Shown here: positions 17,557 to 26,183 of the stretch, in pieces | Numbering within the stretch: the first letter of the stretch is position 1 | How the letters are laid out: each line of letters opens with the position of its first letter | Origin: Parcubacteria group bacterium Gr01-1014_38 | Lineage (GTDB): Bacteria; Patescibacteriota; Andersenbacteria; UBA10190; CAIZMI01 | Reading direction: 5' to 3' | Length of the DNA: 64,000 nt | Assembly: GCA_007376145.1 (NCBI GenBank) | Contig: VMFP01000003.1 | Location: forward strand, 28,741-92,740 | Program-made: the position numbers and the translations under genes | The notes under the pieces: model-generated | The model's database searches: none | Seen by the model: only the letters and a program-made list of their open reading frames with translations | What the model was told of the DNA's origin: nothing

Positions 17557-17979
17557 TTAGCGTATTAAATTCAAGTCGCCATTAATAATCATTGGCCGCA
17601 CTGCTTCAATCTCCTGTTGAATCAATTCAATATCGGGAATTTCGTTCATCAAGAAAATTTTCTTGCCCACAATGTGGGCATACCCAATTTCCAGAAAGGA
17701 ATTGCCTCCGATGTAATTTTCTACGCCCTTCTTTTCGTAGTTCAACACTAAAATTGCATCAGAATGCGCTATAAGCTGGCAATGTTTGCGGATAAGATCG
17801 TTCGCCATCTTTCTTTGAGCGCCTTCCGATCCGCCCATGTTGTTTTTATCAACGCGGCCGTTGGCGTACTCTTCAGTTCCTTCCGGGATAAACACTGTAT
17901 GACCACGCTTTTCGATTTCTTGTCTGGCAATAATCATTTCCTTGGCAAAGGCCATACTGCCACAAAGAGTTATTTTCAT
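17557..17979 (-). CDS. Nucleoside 2-deoxyribosyltransferase/DNPH1-like protein (paralog B)
   Basis: 'MKITLCGSMAF...' Rossmann-like start and 'NYIGGNSFLEIGYA' catalytic-Glu region typical of the NDT/Rcl family. Confidence 0.55.
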   Translation of the reverse strand: MKITLCGSMAFAKEMIIARQEIEKRGHTVFIPEGTEEYANGRVDKNNMGGSEGAQRKMANDLIRKHCQLIAHSDAILVLNYEKKGVENYIGGNSFLEIGYAHIVGKKIFLMNEIPDIELIQQEIEAVRPMIINGDLNLIR

Positions 17980-18112
17980 ACTTACTTGGCTTCACACATC
18001 AATAAAGGGACATTTCTTTTCTCGTCCGTGATGAGTTCACATTCCACAAGGCGCAGGGATTGATTGCTATTTCCCATGCAGGAAGCGTGTCATAACACAG
18101 CGATCTCGTCCA

Positions 18113-18162
18113 AAATGAGACACGGAGGCTTCCTCCTTTATACTGTCTCATTTGTCTCATTT
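18113..18162. repeat. Inverted/tandem repeat element near island right end
   Basis: aaatgagaca (18113-18122) is inverted relative to tgtctcattt (18144-18153). tgtctcatt is then directly repeated (18153-18161). Confidence 0.5.
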
Positions 18163-18275
18163 CCCTCTCAAACCCCCGAAAGTTGCGCCCCGACCCACTC
18201 CCCTCCCCGTATCTAGAAAAGCGTCCGAAAAATCCCTAAACTCCCTCGAGGGGTCCGGGTTCCAGACCCATATGT

Positions 18276-18306
18276 CCCGCCAGGAATACTTTTTATCGGC
18301 AGACCT
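18276..18306. repeat. 31-bp perfect direct repeat, right copy (island boundary, att-like)
   Basis: Identical to 2634-2664. It is fused to the 14-bp head (gacccatatgtccc, 18265-18278) of the 57-bp repeat family. Confidence 0.85.
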
Positions 18307-18335
18307 ACATGGTTAGATAGTTTTAAAATGATTTT

Positions 18336-19292
18336 ATGCTTACCCACACCGATATTCATTATCTAGTTGGTTTACTTACTAGAGTGGAGGAAGCTGACGA
18401 TGTCATCGTTGAGTTAGGCGATATGGTGTACGACTCAGCGGCCAATGAAGAGAGGGACGTAGATATTACTGTTACATATACTGATAAGAACGGTGAAAAA
18501 ACTGCCTACAAAGGTGTTGAAGTTAAGGATCATAGTAGACCGCTTGATGTCCAAAAGGTTGAAGAGCTTTGCCAGAAGCTTGCAGACATGCCAGACATTA
18601 CACATAAAGCAATTGTTTCGGCGAGCGGCTATAGAGACGGTGCGATAAAAAAGGCTCAAGCACATGGAGTAGAGTTGTTGGAAATAGCTGATTGGCTAAA
18701 TCCGTACGAGGGATTCAACGTGAAGTTTACTGATAATGCTCTCACTCTAATTGAGCCCGAGTGGGTAGATGGTCCTCATGTGCGTATTAATGTCGCAAAG
18801 AAAGATATTGATGATCTATCGGGCGAATATCAAAACAATCCACGAGTATGCAATAAATTGGGTGATACGTATCCTCATGCAGTGGATCTCAATACCTTGA
18901 GCCGGTATGCTCACAGCACCGTATCGAATAAGATTCAGTGGCAGACTGATCCAATTCGCGTGAGGCACGGTGAAAGTATTCCTATACACACCGCTGTGCT
19001 TTTTTCAGAAGCACCATATATTAAACTTCGCAACAAACTGGTTTTAGTAGAAAATTGTACGGTTACCGGCGAAATTTACTGCATAGTTCACGACAAGCCC
19101 GCGTTCAGGGTATTGCGACAATATGGCAGCGAAAAACCAATCTCAGGCTGTATAATGGTTGAGCTAAAGAACCATAATCTTACGGGTATATCCGTGAGTA
19201 ATTCGAATAACAAAATTACTGCCCTCAACATTCCGTACGCCGATCGTGTAAAGAAGACGATACGTAAACATCGAATCGGAAGACGGGACTGA
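18336..19292 (+). CDS. Hypothetical protein, possible PD-(D/E)xK nuclease fold
   Basis: 'RDVDITVTY...YKGVEVKD' is a D...(E/D)xK-like pattern. AT-rich cassette flanked by related repeats. Confidence 0.35.
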   Translation: MLTHTDIHYLVGLLTRVEEADDVIVELGDMVYDSAANEERDVDITVTYTDKNGEKTAYKGVEVKDHSRPLDVQKVEELCQKLADMPDITHKAIVSASGYRDGAIKKAQAHGVELLEIADWLNPYEGFNVKFTDNALTLIEPEWVDGPHVRINVAKKDIDDLSGEYQNNPRVCNKLGDTYPHAVDLNTLSRYAHSTVSNKIQWQTDPIRVRHGESIPIHTAVLFSEAPYIKLRNKLVLVENCTVTGEIYCIVHDKPAFRVLRQYGSEKPISGCIMVELKNHNLTGISVSNSNNKITALNIPYADRVKKTIRKHRIGRRD

Positions 19293-19314
19293 ACACGCCC
19301 CATCATTCGCCTCC

Positions 19315-19371
19315 GACCCATATGTCCCAAGTTCACTCCCGAATTGACCTTTAATAAATCCCTCAATACAC
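19315..19371. repeat. 57-bp cassette-flanking repeat (copy B)
   Basis: gacccatatgtcccaagttcactcccgaattgacctttaataaatccctcaatacac is about 81% identical (46/57) to 19973-20029. Confidence 0.7.
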
Positions 19372-19396
19372 AAAAAACCATGGTTAAACAAGAAGT

Positions 19397-19957
19397 ATGA
19401 GGGATGAAATCATTGAGAAACTAAATAAGCGTCTAGCCGAGGGTATTAACCGTGAATCCGATGTTGTCTATTTATTCGTTGAGATCCGGAAGTTATTTGA
19501 ACATGACGACTTGCCTCAGTATCCACAACTCAGGTTTTATGGAGATTGGGTAGTGCACACCAAGCTATCGAGAATACGTCGAGACGGCGCTTTGGCTGAA
19601 TATTTAGGAAGGATCAATGATGCAGTTGATATTAAGCGGCAGGGGGGTGAAGAACAGAATGTGACTACTCAAATTACTAACGCAATGTCTCTTGATCGTC
19701 TAAGAGAAGAAATGGTGACTTTCTTTCAAGAAAGAAGTTTGGACAGTCGCTTACTAGAAGTAGGCCAGTGGAGAAATTTTATAAAATGGCTCATCAGTAT
19801 TCTGATAGATACACCACTTGTGGCGTCTAACCACCCTGATTTCAACCTTATCAAGGAATTTTCGTTCGGCCCAAGCAAAGATGAAACTTCTGTTGCCAGC
19901 TACAAGATCGTGTGTGCAGATGGGACTACTGTTACCGGCCAAGTTTTTGTTAATTGA
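19397..19957 (+). CDS. Hypothetical protein
   Basis: 186-aa ORF, AT-rich, between repeat copies B and C. Confidence 0.35.
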   Translation: MRDEIIEKLNKRLAEGINRESDVVYLFVEIRKLFEHDDLPQYPQLRFYGDWVVHTKLSRIRRDGALAEYLGRINDAVDIKRQGGEEQNVTTQITNAMSLDRLREEMVTFFQERSLDSRLLEVGQWRNFIKWLISILIDTPLVASNHPDFNLIKEFSFGPSKDETSVASYKIVCADGTTVTGQVFVN

Positions 19958-19972
19958 TAATGCCACGTTTGC

Positions 19973-20029
19973 GACCCACATGCCTCAAAGTCACTTCCGA
20001 ATTGGCCCCTAATAAATCCCTTAACACAC
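19973..20029. repeat. 57-bp cassette-flanking repeat (copy C)
   Basis: gacccacatgcctcaaagtcacttccgaattggcccctaataaatcccttaacacac. It is followed at about 20052-20083 by a degenerate copy of the 31-bp att-like sequence (cccgccaccagtatgaaatatcgggacagtcc). Confidence 0.65.
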
Positions 20030-20236
20030 TGAACTATGTGGGTACTGAACCCGGGTGGCCCGCCACCAGTATGAAATATCGGGACAGTCCGAAACTCCAT
20101 CCCTTGATCTTAAAGCTCCCAGAGCAGTATAGTATCCTCACGGTAGGTTTGACTTTCTTGGTTCCCTTATGCGAATATCAGCGTGTAGGTTTGGAGAAAA
20201 GAGCGAACTTACACCCTTATTCGTAGAGAGAATGCT

Positions 20237-20557
20237 ATGTCAAAGAAGTTATATGTTGGCGGTCTTTCCTACGACACCACAGAGGCGTCGTTACAGGCAG
20301 CCTTTGCTCAGGCAGGAAGCGTTGCCTCAGCAACGGTCATTATGGACAGGATGAGCGGTAGTTCCAAAGGGTTCGGCTTCGTAGAGATGTCGACCGAGGA
20401 AGAAGCTCAAAAGGCTATTGAGATGCTCAATGGGAAAGAACTTGATGGCCGGACGATTACCGTTAATGAAGCTCGTCCGCAGACGGACAGGCCTCGACGC
20501 GATAGCTTTTCTCGCGATAACCGTGGCTTTCGCGGCGGCGGGAGAGGACGCTGGTAA
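20237..20557 (+). CDS. RRM-type glycine-rich RNA-binding protein
   Basis: RNP-1 'KGFGFVEM' and RNP-2 'LYVGGL' motifs, with a C-terminal RGG-rich tail. Confidence 0.85.
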   Translation: MSKKLYVGGLSYDTTEASLQAAFAQAGSVASATVIMDRMSGSSKGFGFVEMSTEEEAQKAIEMLNGKELDGRTITVNEARPQTDRPRRDSFSRDNRGFRGGGRGRW

Positions 20558-20563
20558 AGGTAA

Positions 20564-22063
20564 CTACACCCCGCATCCAGCATCACCCTGTGTCTGTGGG
20601 ACTAAGCCGCGGCTCGCGACTTCCTTCGCGACGGTTTCTGACCATCCACTGATTGTGGAGTAGTCCTTGCCGAGTACGATCTTCGGGTCTACGTCCTCCC
20701 AGTAGATGCTCTTCACCGCCTTGAAGTACAACGCGGTCTGGATGTAGTTGTGCGGGAACCAGAAGGCGTTGAAGGCGAGGGCTTCGCGGTACAGCTCGTC
20801 TTCCGTGAGCCCTTGGGAAGCACCGAGTTGCAGGAGGCCGAGGAGCGCAGAGCCGTGGTTGCAGTCTTGGAAGAACGTCGAGTTGTTGCAGCACGGACGA
20901 TAGGAGTTCTGGGCAATCCTTGTGACCAGTGCTTCCTGCTCGGGCGTGAGGGGCACAATCGAGAACTTGTTGAAGTATGTCCCACCGTTTTCCTCTTTCC
21001 CGAGATTCCATCCACCCGTGGAAGCAAAGTTGAAGAGTTTGTCTCCGGCAATGGGACTGTCTCTGTTTGTGGGCATGAAGTTGGCGAGGCCGAGCGGCCA
21101 GAGGAGGTTGACGTGATAGTTCGCGTTCTCGCGGGTGAGGAGAATCGGTTTTTCTGACGGTTCATCGAGAACTGTTTTCAGCTCCTGTGGGAGCCCACCG
21201 CGGTCCTTGTACAACGCCTCGAACTTCGCACCGTCAATGACGCCGTGCTCAACAAGTCGCAGAACACTGTCACCGAGACGAATCTTGCTCGGGAACCCCT
21301 GCTCGGGAAGAACCTTCTTCACCACTTCCTCGAAGAGGGGGTTGCTCGTTGCAGCGGCTGCTCTCGCGTCTTGCAGTTGATTGTCGTTGGGGTTGAGAAT
21401 CCTCCGGGTGAAGAGACGTGCGACCGCCGGGTCGTCTTTCAGCATGTTCCAGCCGAGAACCAGAAGGCTGACCATTGCCGCGAGGAGCAGAAGCAACCAC
21501 CGACGGTCAGTCTCTTTGAAGGAGGCGTCGCGCGGGACGGGGCAGGCCTCCGTGCCGCAGGCGAACCGTCGGAGTTCTCGCGTCGTCAGCCATATGGGCA
21601 GTGCCAGGAGAGCGAAAGAGAGTACTTTCAGTTCGAGGCCTTGCAGCGGGAACGCTGCGAGGCCCGCGGTGATCCCGATGGCCGACAGGATGACAGACCC
21701 GCAGACCGGGCACGCGGACGCCGCCACGCCAACAAGAGACCCGATGCCTGTGCCGCCCTGCCACGTGAGCTTCGGTGGCCCGTACTTTCGCCAGCGGTAC
21801 GTAAAGAGTGCGGCATTCGCGCCAAAGAGCACAATCGTCCCTGCCGTCAGAAGCACGTACGGCCAGAAGTACAACGGCACTCCTGCCGTGTTCTGGATAA
21901 TGCTCGCGATGCTGGAGTTGAGACGCAGACTCCAGTAGAAGACGAAGGCGAGCGCGAGCGACGCGACGACGCCGATCGAGCCATAGAACAGGCGGGTGAG
22001 CGCTTTGATGTCCTGCGCGTTCAGCGCACGCGGTGTGCTCTCTGTGGTCGCTATGATGTCCAT
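20564..22063 (-). CDS. Polytopic membrane protein with CPxCG motif and C-terminal Cys-containing domain
   Basis: Multiple predicted TM helices, 'ASACPVCGS' and 'ACGTEACP' motifs, and a large extracytoplasmic C-terminal domain. No family assigned. Confidence 0.45.
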   Translation of the reverse strand: MDIIATTESTPRALNAQDIKALTRLFYGSIGVVASLALAFVFYWSLRLNSSIASIIQNTAGVPLYFWPYVLLTAGTIVLFGANAALFTYRWRKYGPPKLTWQGGTGIGSLVGVAASACPVCGSVILSAIGITAGLAAFPLQGLELKVLSFALLALPIWLTTRELRRFACGTEACPVPRDASFKETDRRWLLLLLAAMVSLLVLGWNMLKDDPAVARLFTRRILNPNDNQLQDARAAAATSNPLFEEVVKKVLPEQGFPSKIRLGDSVLRLVEHGVIDGAKFEALYKDRGGLPQELKTVLDEPSEKPILLTRENANYHVNLLWPLGLANFMPTNRDSPIAGDKLFNFASTGGWNLGKEENGGTYFNKFSIVPLTPEQEALVTRIAQNSYRPCCNNSTFFQDCNHGSALLGLLQLGASQGLTEDELYREALAFNAFWFPHNYIQTALYFKAVKSIYWEDVDPKIVLGKDYSTISGWSETVAKEVASRGLVPQTQGDAGCGV

Positions 22064-22081
22064 GGTCTTGGTCTCCCTCCA

Positions 22082-22678
22082 CTAGGAATGATGATGCTCA
22101 CTATCCCCGCCGCACCCGTCGGAAAAGTTCCAAACCTCCGTCACTTGCTCGCCCGTGAAGCCGTACTTCTGAATCAGGAGTTTTCCGAGTCCGCCGTACA
22201 CGTACCACCGCCAACATTTGCAGCAGCACGGGCCCTTCTCGCTGGAGTGCTCCATGGCATAGTCGTACGCTTGCTGCTGCTCGGACGTGAGCTGCGCGTC
22301 GTACATCGCCATGAGCTTCTTCGCGAGGCCCGCTTCAATGTTGTACGGGTCGGAAGGAATCTCGGTGATGTGGGCGTACTTCTTCAGTCCTTCAACTTGT
22401 TCGCTGTACCGATGGAGGCTCATCGGGCTGCAGCAGGAGCCGCGGAGATGCTCCATGTCGGGTATCGAAGCAATGGAATCTTTAAACGACGCCGAGCATG
22501 AGGAGTTCCCGTTCTTACTCAAGTACTCAAACTGCGCAGCACGTGCCTCGTTCACGGGACCAGATGGTGCCTGGCGTGAAGAAGGAGAAAAGTTGAAGAA
22601 CCGTTTTGGGGACGCAAAGACGAAGTAACCGAGCACAAGTATTGCTATGACTGTTGGGAGAAGAAATCGTTTGTTCAT
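22082..22678 (-). CDS. Secreted Cys-rich hypothetical protein
   Basis: N-terminal signal/TM 'LLPTVIAILVLGYFVFA', and Cys clusters (CCSP, CCCKCW). It is 19 nt downstream of the preceding membrane gene, so probably co-transcribed. Confidence 0.4.
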   Translation of the reverse strand: MNKRFLLPTVIAILVLGYFVFASPKRFFNFSPSSRQAPSGPVNEARAAQFEYLSKNGNSSCSASFKDSIASIPDMEHLRGSCCSPMSLHRYSEQVEGLKKYAHITEIPSDPYNIEAGLAKKLMAMYDAQLTSEQQQAYDYAMEHSSEKGPCCCKCWRWYVYGGLGKLLIQKYGFTGEQVTEVWNFSDGCGGDSEHHHS

Positions 22679-22767
22679 GGATGGAGAAGGTTTTTGGGAT
22701 AAGCAAGAACTCCCCGGTCGCTTACGGCGCTGTCATGGACAGCGCGACCGAGAACGACGAACGGTGC

Positions 22768-23172
22768 TTATCCGCAGATTTTCGGATGCAGGATGCCCTG
22801 GGAGAAGGCGCGTTTCAGTGGTTCCAGTGGGGCGAACGCGAGAGCGAGAAGCCGGTATGCCTGGTACCGCGCCCGGATGATCCAGGCGTGTACGCGCAGG
22901 TCCCTCAGCCGGAAGAGAGCGACGCCGGGCGCCGAGAAAACGAACGACAGCGCGAGCGTTCCTCGATGCGGGACTGCAGTGAATAACTTCTGCCAAAGTG
23001 CGGTATGTTCGGTGGGGCTCATTCCACAGAGGCTCGCGGTCATCATGAGCGGGCAACCACTCATCTCTCCATTCATACTCAGCGCGTGCCACATGCCGAA
23101 AGCCCCCACGAGGAGGATCAGCAAGATGGCGAGCAGCGCACCCACGCGCATACCTTGAGAGAATGGCACCAT
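22768..23172 (-). CDS. Hypothetical membrane protein
   Basis: TM-like 'GALLAILLILLVGAFGMW'. The start is chosen at the internal Met (MVPFSQGM). Confidence 0.3.
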   Translation of the reverse strand: MVPFSQGMRVGALLAILLILLVGAFGMWHALSMNGEMSGCPLMMTASLCGMSPTEHTALWQKLFTAVPHRGTLALSFVFSAPGVALFRLRDLRVHAWIIRARYQAYRLLALAFAPLEPLKRAFSQGILHPKICG

Positions 23173-23186
23173 ACGGAGACCGGTAA

Positions 23187-23387
23187 TCATTTCTTCGTCA
23201 CATACTTCCACAGAGCGGCAATCCCGAGCACAAGCGCCACCACCACGAGCGCATACAGTACCCACCCCCAGAACATCATCCCCGAGCCGTACGCACCGCT
23301 CATCATGCTGAATCCATCATCATACGCATGGTACTCCTGTTTCCACTTCCAGACCCGTAGGTCCCGCCGCATTGATTCTCTGATCAA
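23187..23387 (-). CDS. Small membrane protein
   Basis: 66 aa with the 'MMFWGWVLYALVVVALVLGIAALW' helix. Confidence 0.3.
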   Translation of the reverse strand: MIRESMRRDLRVWKWKQEYHAYDDGFSMMSGAYGSGMMFWGWVLYALVVVALVLGIAALWKYVTKK

Positions 23388-23447
23388 ACAATGACGGCAA
23401 GTCGAGTCCCGTCGTTCCCTCTCTCCGTCATGCGGTAAGCTGCAGAC

Positions 23448-24827
23448 GTGGATATTCCTGAACCAATCCGTATGTTGGCTGAACGGGTCCGTGCTGCTGG
23501 TGGGCGCGCCTTACTCATCGGGGGAGCGGTTCGCGATCGGCTGCTTCAGCGGACGCCGGTGGATTTTGACGTGGAGATCTACGGACTTCCCCCCGAGACC
23601 GTTTTCGCGCTTGCCCAAGACGTCGGTGCCATCCGTGATGTGGGTCGAGCTTTTGGTGTGCTCGAGGCCCGCTTGCCGGGATGCACCATGCATATTTCTT
23701 TGCCGCGGCGCGAATCAAAGATTGCTCCGGGGCACCGCGGCTTTGCCATCGGCGTTGATCCCGCGATGGCTCCGGAAGACGCAGCCCGCCGGCGAGACTT
23801 CACGATGAACGCCATCGCCGAGGATCCGCTCACCGGGGAGATCCTCGACCCATTCCGTGGTCGCGCGGATCTCGAACAGCGACTCCTCCGGGTGGTTGAT
23901 CCGGAGCGGTTCAGAGAAGATCCCCTCCGCGTCCTCCGCGCCGCCGTCTTCGCGGCACAGTTCGAGCTCACCGTGGACCCGGAGACAGCGAAGGTGATCC
24001 GCCAGACTCTTCCCGAACTCCAGCGGCTTCATCGAGAGCGCATTGGAGAAGAATGGTGGAAGCTCCTCCTCCGGCCGCTGAAACCATCGCAGGGTCTGCG
24101 ACTCTTGATGGCGTGGGGTGCCCTCACGGTCCTCCACCCGGAATTCTCGAAGCTTCCCGAAACGTCGCAGAACCCCAAGTGGCATCCAGAGGACGATGTC
24201 TGGACGCACACCTGTCTGGCGGTGGATGAGGCGGCACAGCTGACGAGGGGACAGGGAGCAGAAAGCAGGGAACCGGGGGAGCTCGTCGAAGAGGATCGTT
24301 GGCAGGTGCTGCTCGCGACGCTCTGCCACGATCTGGGGAAGGCCGAAGCAACCGTCTGGCGGAACGGCGCTTGGCGAAGCCCAGGGCATGCTGCTGCCGG
24401 TGTCAGTTTCACGCGGACGTTCCTCCATTCGATTGCAGCGAGCCGGAAGACCACAGAAGTCGTCGTTCGGCTCGTCCGCGAGCACCTCCAACCGCTCCAC
24501 TTCTTCAATCAACAGCAGCGGGGAACTCCCGTGAGTGACGGAGCCATCCGGAAGCTCGCTCACCGCGTCCATCCCGCGAGCGTGTTTCTCCTGACGTTCG
24601 TCGCCGATGCGGATCATCGCGGGCGCGGTGCGTTCCCCGGCGGACGTCCCCCGGCCGCGGAGGCCGGTGAATATCTCCGGGTACGCGCCGCGTCTCTCGG
24701 CGTTCTTCACGGTCTACCGGCGCCTGTCCTGCGCGGGTCGGATCTCGTGAGTCTTGGTCTGCAGCCCGGCCCATCGTTTGCGGACATTCTCCGTGCGGCG
24801 GAACAAAAACGCGAGTTGTCCACATGA
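23448..24827 (+). CDS. cca: CCA-adding tRNA nucleotidyltransferase with HD domain
   Basis: 'LLIGGAVRDRLL' head-domain motif, 'RRDFTMNA', and the HD motif 'LCHDLGK'. Confidence 0.85.
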   Translation: MDIPEPIRMLAERVRAAGGRALLIGGAVRDRLLQRTPVDFDVEIYGLPPETVFALAQDVGAIRDVGRAFGVLEARLPGCTMHISLPRRESKIAPGHRGFAIGVDPAMAPEDAARRRDFTMNAIAEDPLTGEILDPFRGRADLEQRLLRVVDPERFREDPLRVLRAAVFAAQFELTVDPETAKVIRQTLPELQRLHRERIGEEWWKLLLRPLKPSQGLRLLMAWGALTVLHPEFSKLPETSQNPKWHPEDDVWTHTCLAVDEAAQLTRGQGAESREPGELVEEDRWQVLLATLCHDLGKAEATVWRNGAWRSPGHAAAGVSFTRTFLHSIAASRKTTEVVVRLVREHLQPLHFFNQQQRGTPVSDGAIRKLAHRVHPASVFLLTFVADADHRGRGAFPGGRPPAAEAGEYLRVRAASLGVLHGLPAPVLRGSDLVSLGLQPGPSFADILRAAEQKRELST

Positions 24828-26047
24828 TGCTGCCGGAGGGAAAGGGGTCGAAGTTTCCAGGGTCAGTTCCCCGGCCGTTCTTCGTGCTTGCTGCGCTCAT
24901 AGCGGGAGGGAGTGCGTTTGTCTTTCTTCTCCTTCTCGCCGCGTTCCTTCGGCACACGGCGGTCCCAGACGAGAGTCTGGCCCAACAATTAGCGGCGAAG
25001 ACGGTAGCGCCGAAGCAGGTGCTGGGGGTGGATACGGATGGAGACAAGCAACCGGATCGCACCGATCTCGATGACGATAACGACGGGTACGCGGATATCC
25101 ACGATCCGCTTCCGACGAGCGTGCGGAACCTCGATAATGACGAGCTCCCGGATGCAAAAGATACCGATGATGACAACGACGGGATCCCAGATAAAACGGA
25201 TCGGTATCCCCTCGACCAAAACAATAATGGGGAGTCTGACACTTTGGAACGCCGTCGGCTCGGTCGGCGCTTTGATGGGGATCGTGACGGGAAACCGGAC
25301 ATTGCCGAGTGGGTTGGTGTCGCGCGCGCCGAGGCCCGAAAGCTTGGCGTGGTTGCTTCCGACTCTTGGAGTAATTTTGCGGATATTCCGAAAGAGGTCC
25401 TGCGACATCTCCCGGAGGGGTGGTATGCCGGCGTGTGCGCGGATCGGGACAACGATGGTATCCCGGATGGTCAGGATAAGGTGGTTTCCGGCGGCGGATC
25501 CTATGAGTCGTACACGCACGGGGGAAAGTGGGAGAAGCAGTACGTTGATCTCGCGGCGAAGAAAGACGCCATAACAGCCGGGTTCATCGATCGGCAGGTC
25601 GTGCGCGATGCCGGGCTGCCCTGTATGCCGGAGGTTGATCCCGGCTGCGCGTTTAGTGAACAGATTCGGCGGACGTACGAGGAAGAGCTCCGCCGACGGT
25701 TCGGGAGCGGGAAATACGAAATTCCTCGGTATGAGACTCCGAAGGATTGGCCGCCGCCGGGCTATGTCCCAGGGAGCGGGCTGGCATCGTCGGGAGGATC
25801 CGATCCCTACGCCAGTTTCTACGGATCTATCCCCGAACACGAGAAGCAGTACTACCCGACGCACCAGTACAGCACTTCGGGAGGGTCGTATCCGTCATCC
25901 GGTCAGTACTCTTCTGGCGGCACTTCAGAAGGATACACACCGCCGTCAGGAGGGTATTACTCGGCTCCTCCTCCGGACTCGGGCGTCCACTACTACTCGG
26001 AACCGCCTCCGCCTCCTCCTCCACTGCCACCTCCGCCGCCTCCATAG
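24824..26047 (+). CDS. Membrane-anchored protein with thrombospondin-type-3-like Ca-binding repeats and poly-Pro tail
   Basis: N-terminal TM, repeated 'DTDGDKQPD / DDDNDGYAD / DTDDDNDGIPD / DRDNDGIPDGQD' motifs, and a PPPPPPPLPPPPPP C-terminus. The start overlaps the cca stop (ATGA). Confidence 0.5.
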   Translation: MMLPEGKGSKFPGSVPRPFFVLAALIAGGSAFVFLLLLAAFLRHTAVPDESLAQQLAAKTVAPKQVLGVDTDGDKQPDRTDLDDDNDGYADIHDPLPTSVRNLDNDELPDAKDTDDDNDGIPDKTDRYPLDQNNNGESDTLERRRLGRRFDGDRDGKPDIAEWVGVARAEARKLGVVASDSWSNFADIPKEVLRHLPEGWYAGVCADRDNDGIPDGQDKVVSGGGSYESYTHGGKWEKQYVDLAAKKDAITAGFIDRQVVRDAGLPCMPEVDPGCAFSEQIRRTYEEELRRRFGSGKYEIPRYETPKDWPPPGYVPGSGLASSGGSDPYASFYGSIPEHEKQYYPTHQYSTSGGSYPSSGQYSSGGTSEGYTPPSGGYYSAPPPDSGVHYYSEPPPPPPPLPPPPPP

Positions 26048-26140
26048 TGAGTCTTCCCCGGTCTCCATGGCCGGGGTTTTCTGATCCAGCTTGTACTCTT
26101 GGTTCTGAAGAGTATCTGCGTGCGCGCTTCCGCAGGTGCC

Positions 26141-26169
26141 TTGAAGCGGGAGCGACCGGGCGCTATGCT
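26141..26169 (+). promoter_or_regulatory. Sigma70-like promoter upstream of dnaG
   Basis: -35 TTGAAG, 17-nt spacer, -10 TATGCT. It is 15 nt before the dnaG start. Confidence 0.35.
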
Positions 26170-26183
26170 CAGCGCTATCTGCA

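Noticed and set aside
18255-18267. tRNA-like T-arm resemblance (gggttccagaccc) near the right island repeat
   Set aside because: No acceptor, D or anticodon arms could be built around it, and the stem is only 3 bp. It is not a tRNA gene or fragment I can support.
20084-20236. Possible promoter/ncRNA in the AT-rich spacer upstream of the RRM gene
   Set aside because: Only weak -35/-10 matches (TTGACT...GAATAT) and short repeated gtaggtttg words. Insufficient to call.
24505-25864. Large minus-strand ORFs (315 and 291 aa) antisense to cca and the TSP3-repeat protein gene
   Set aside because: Arg/Ser/Pro-rich low-complexity translations typical of antisense frames in high-GC coding DNA.
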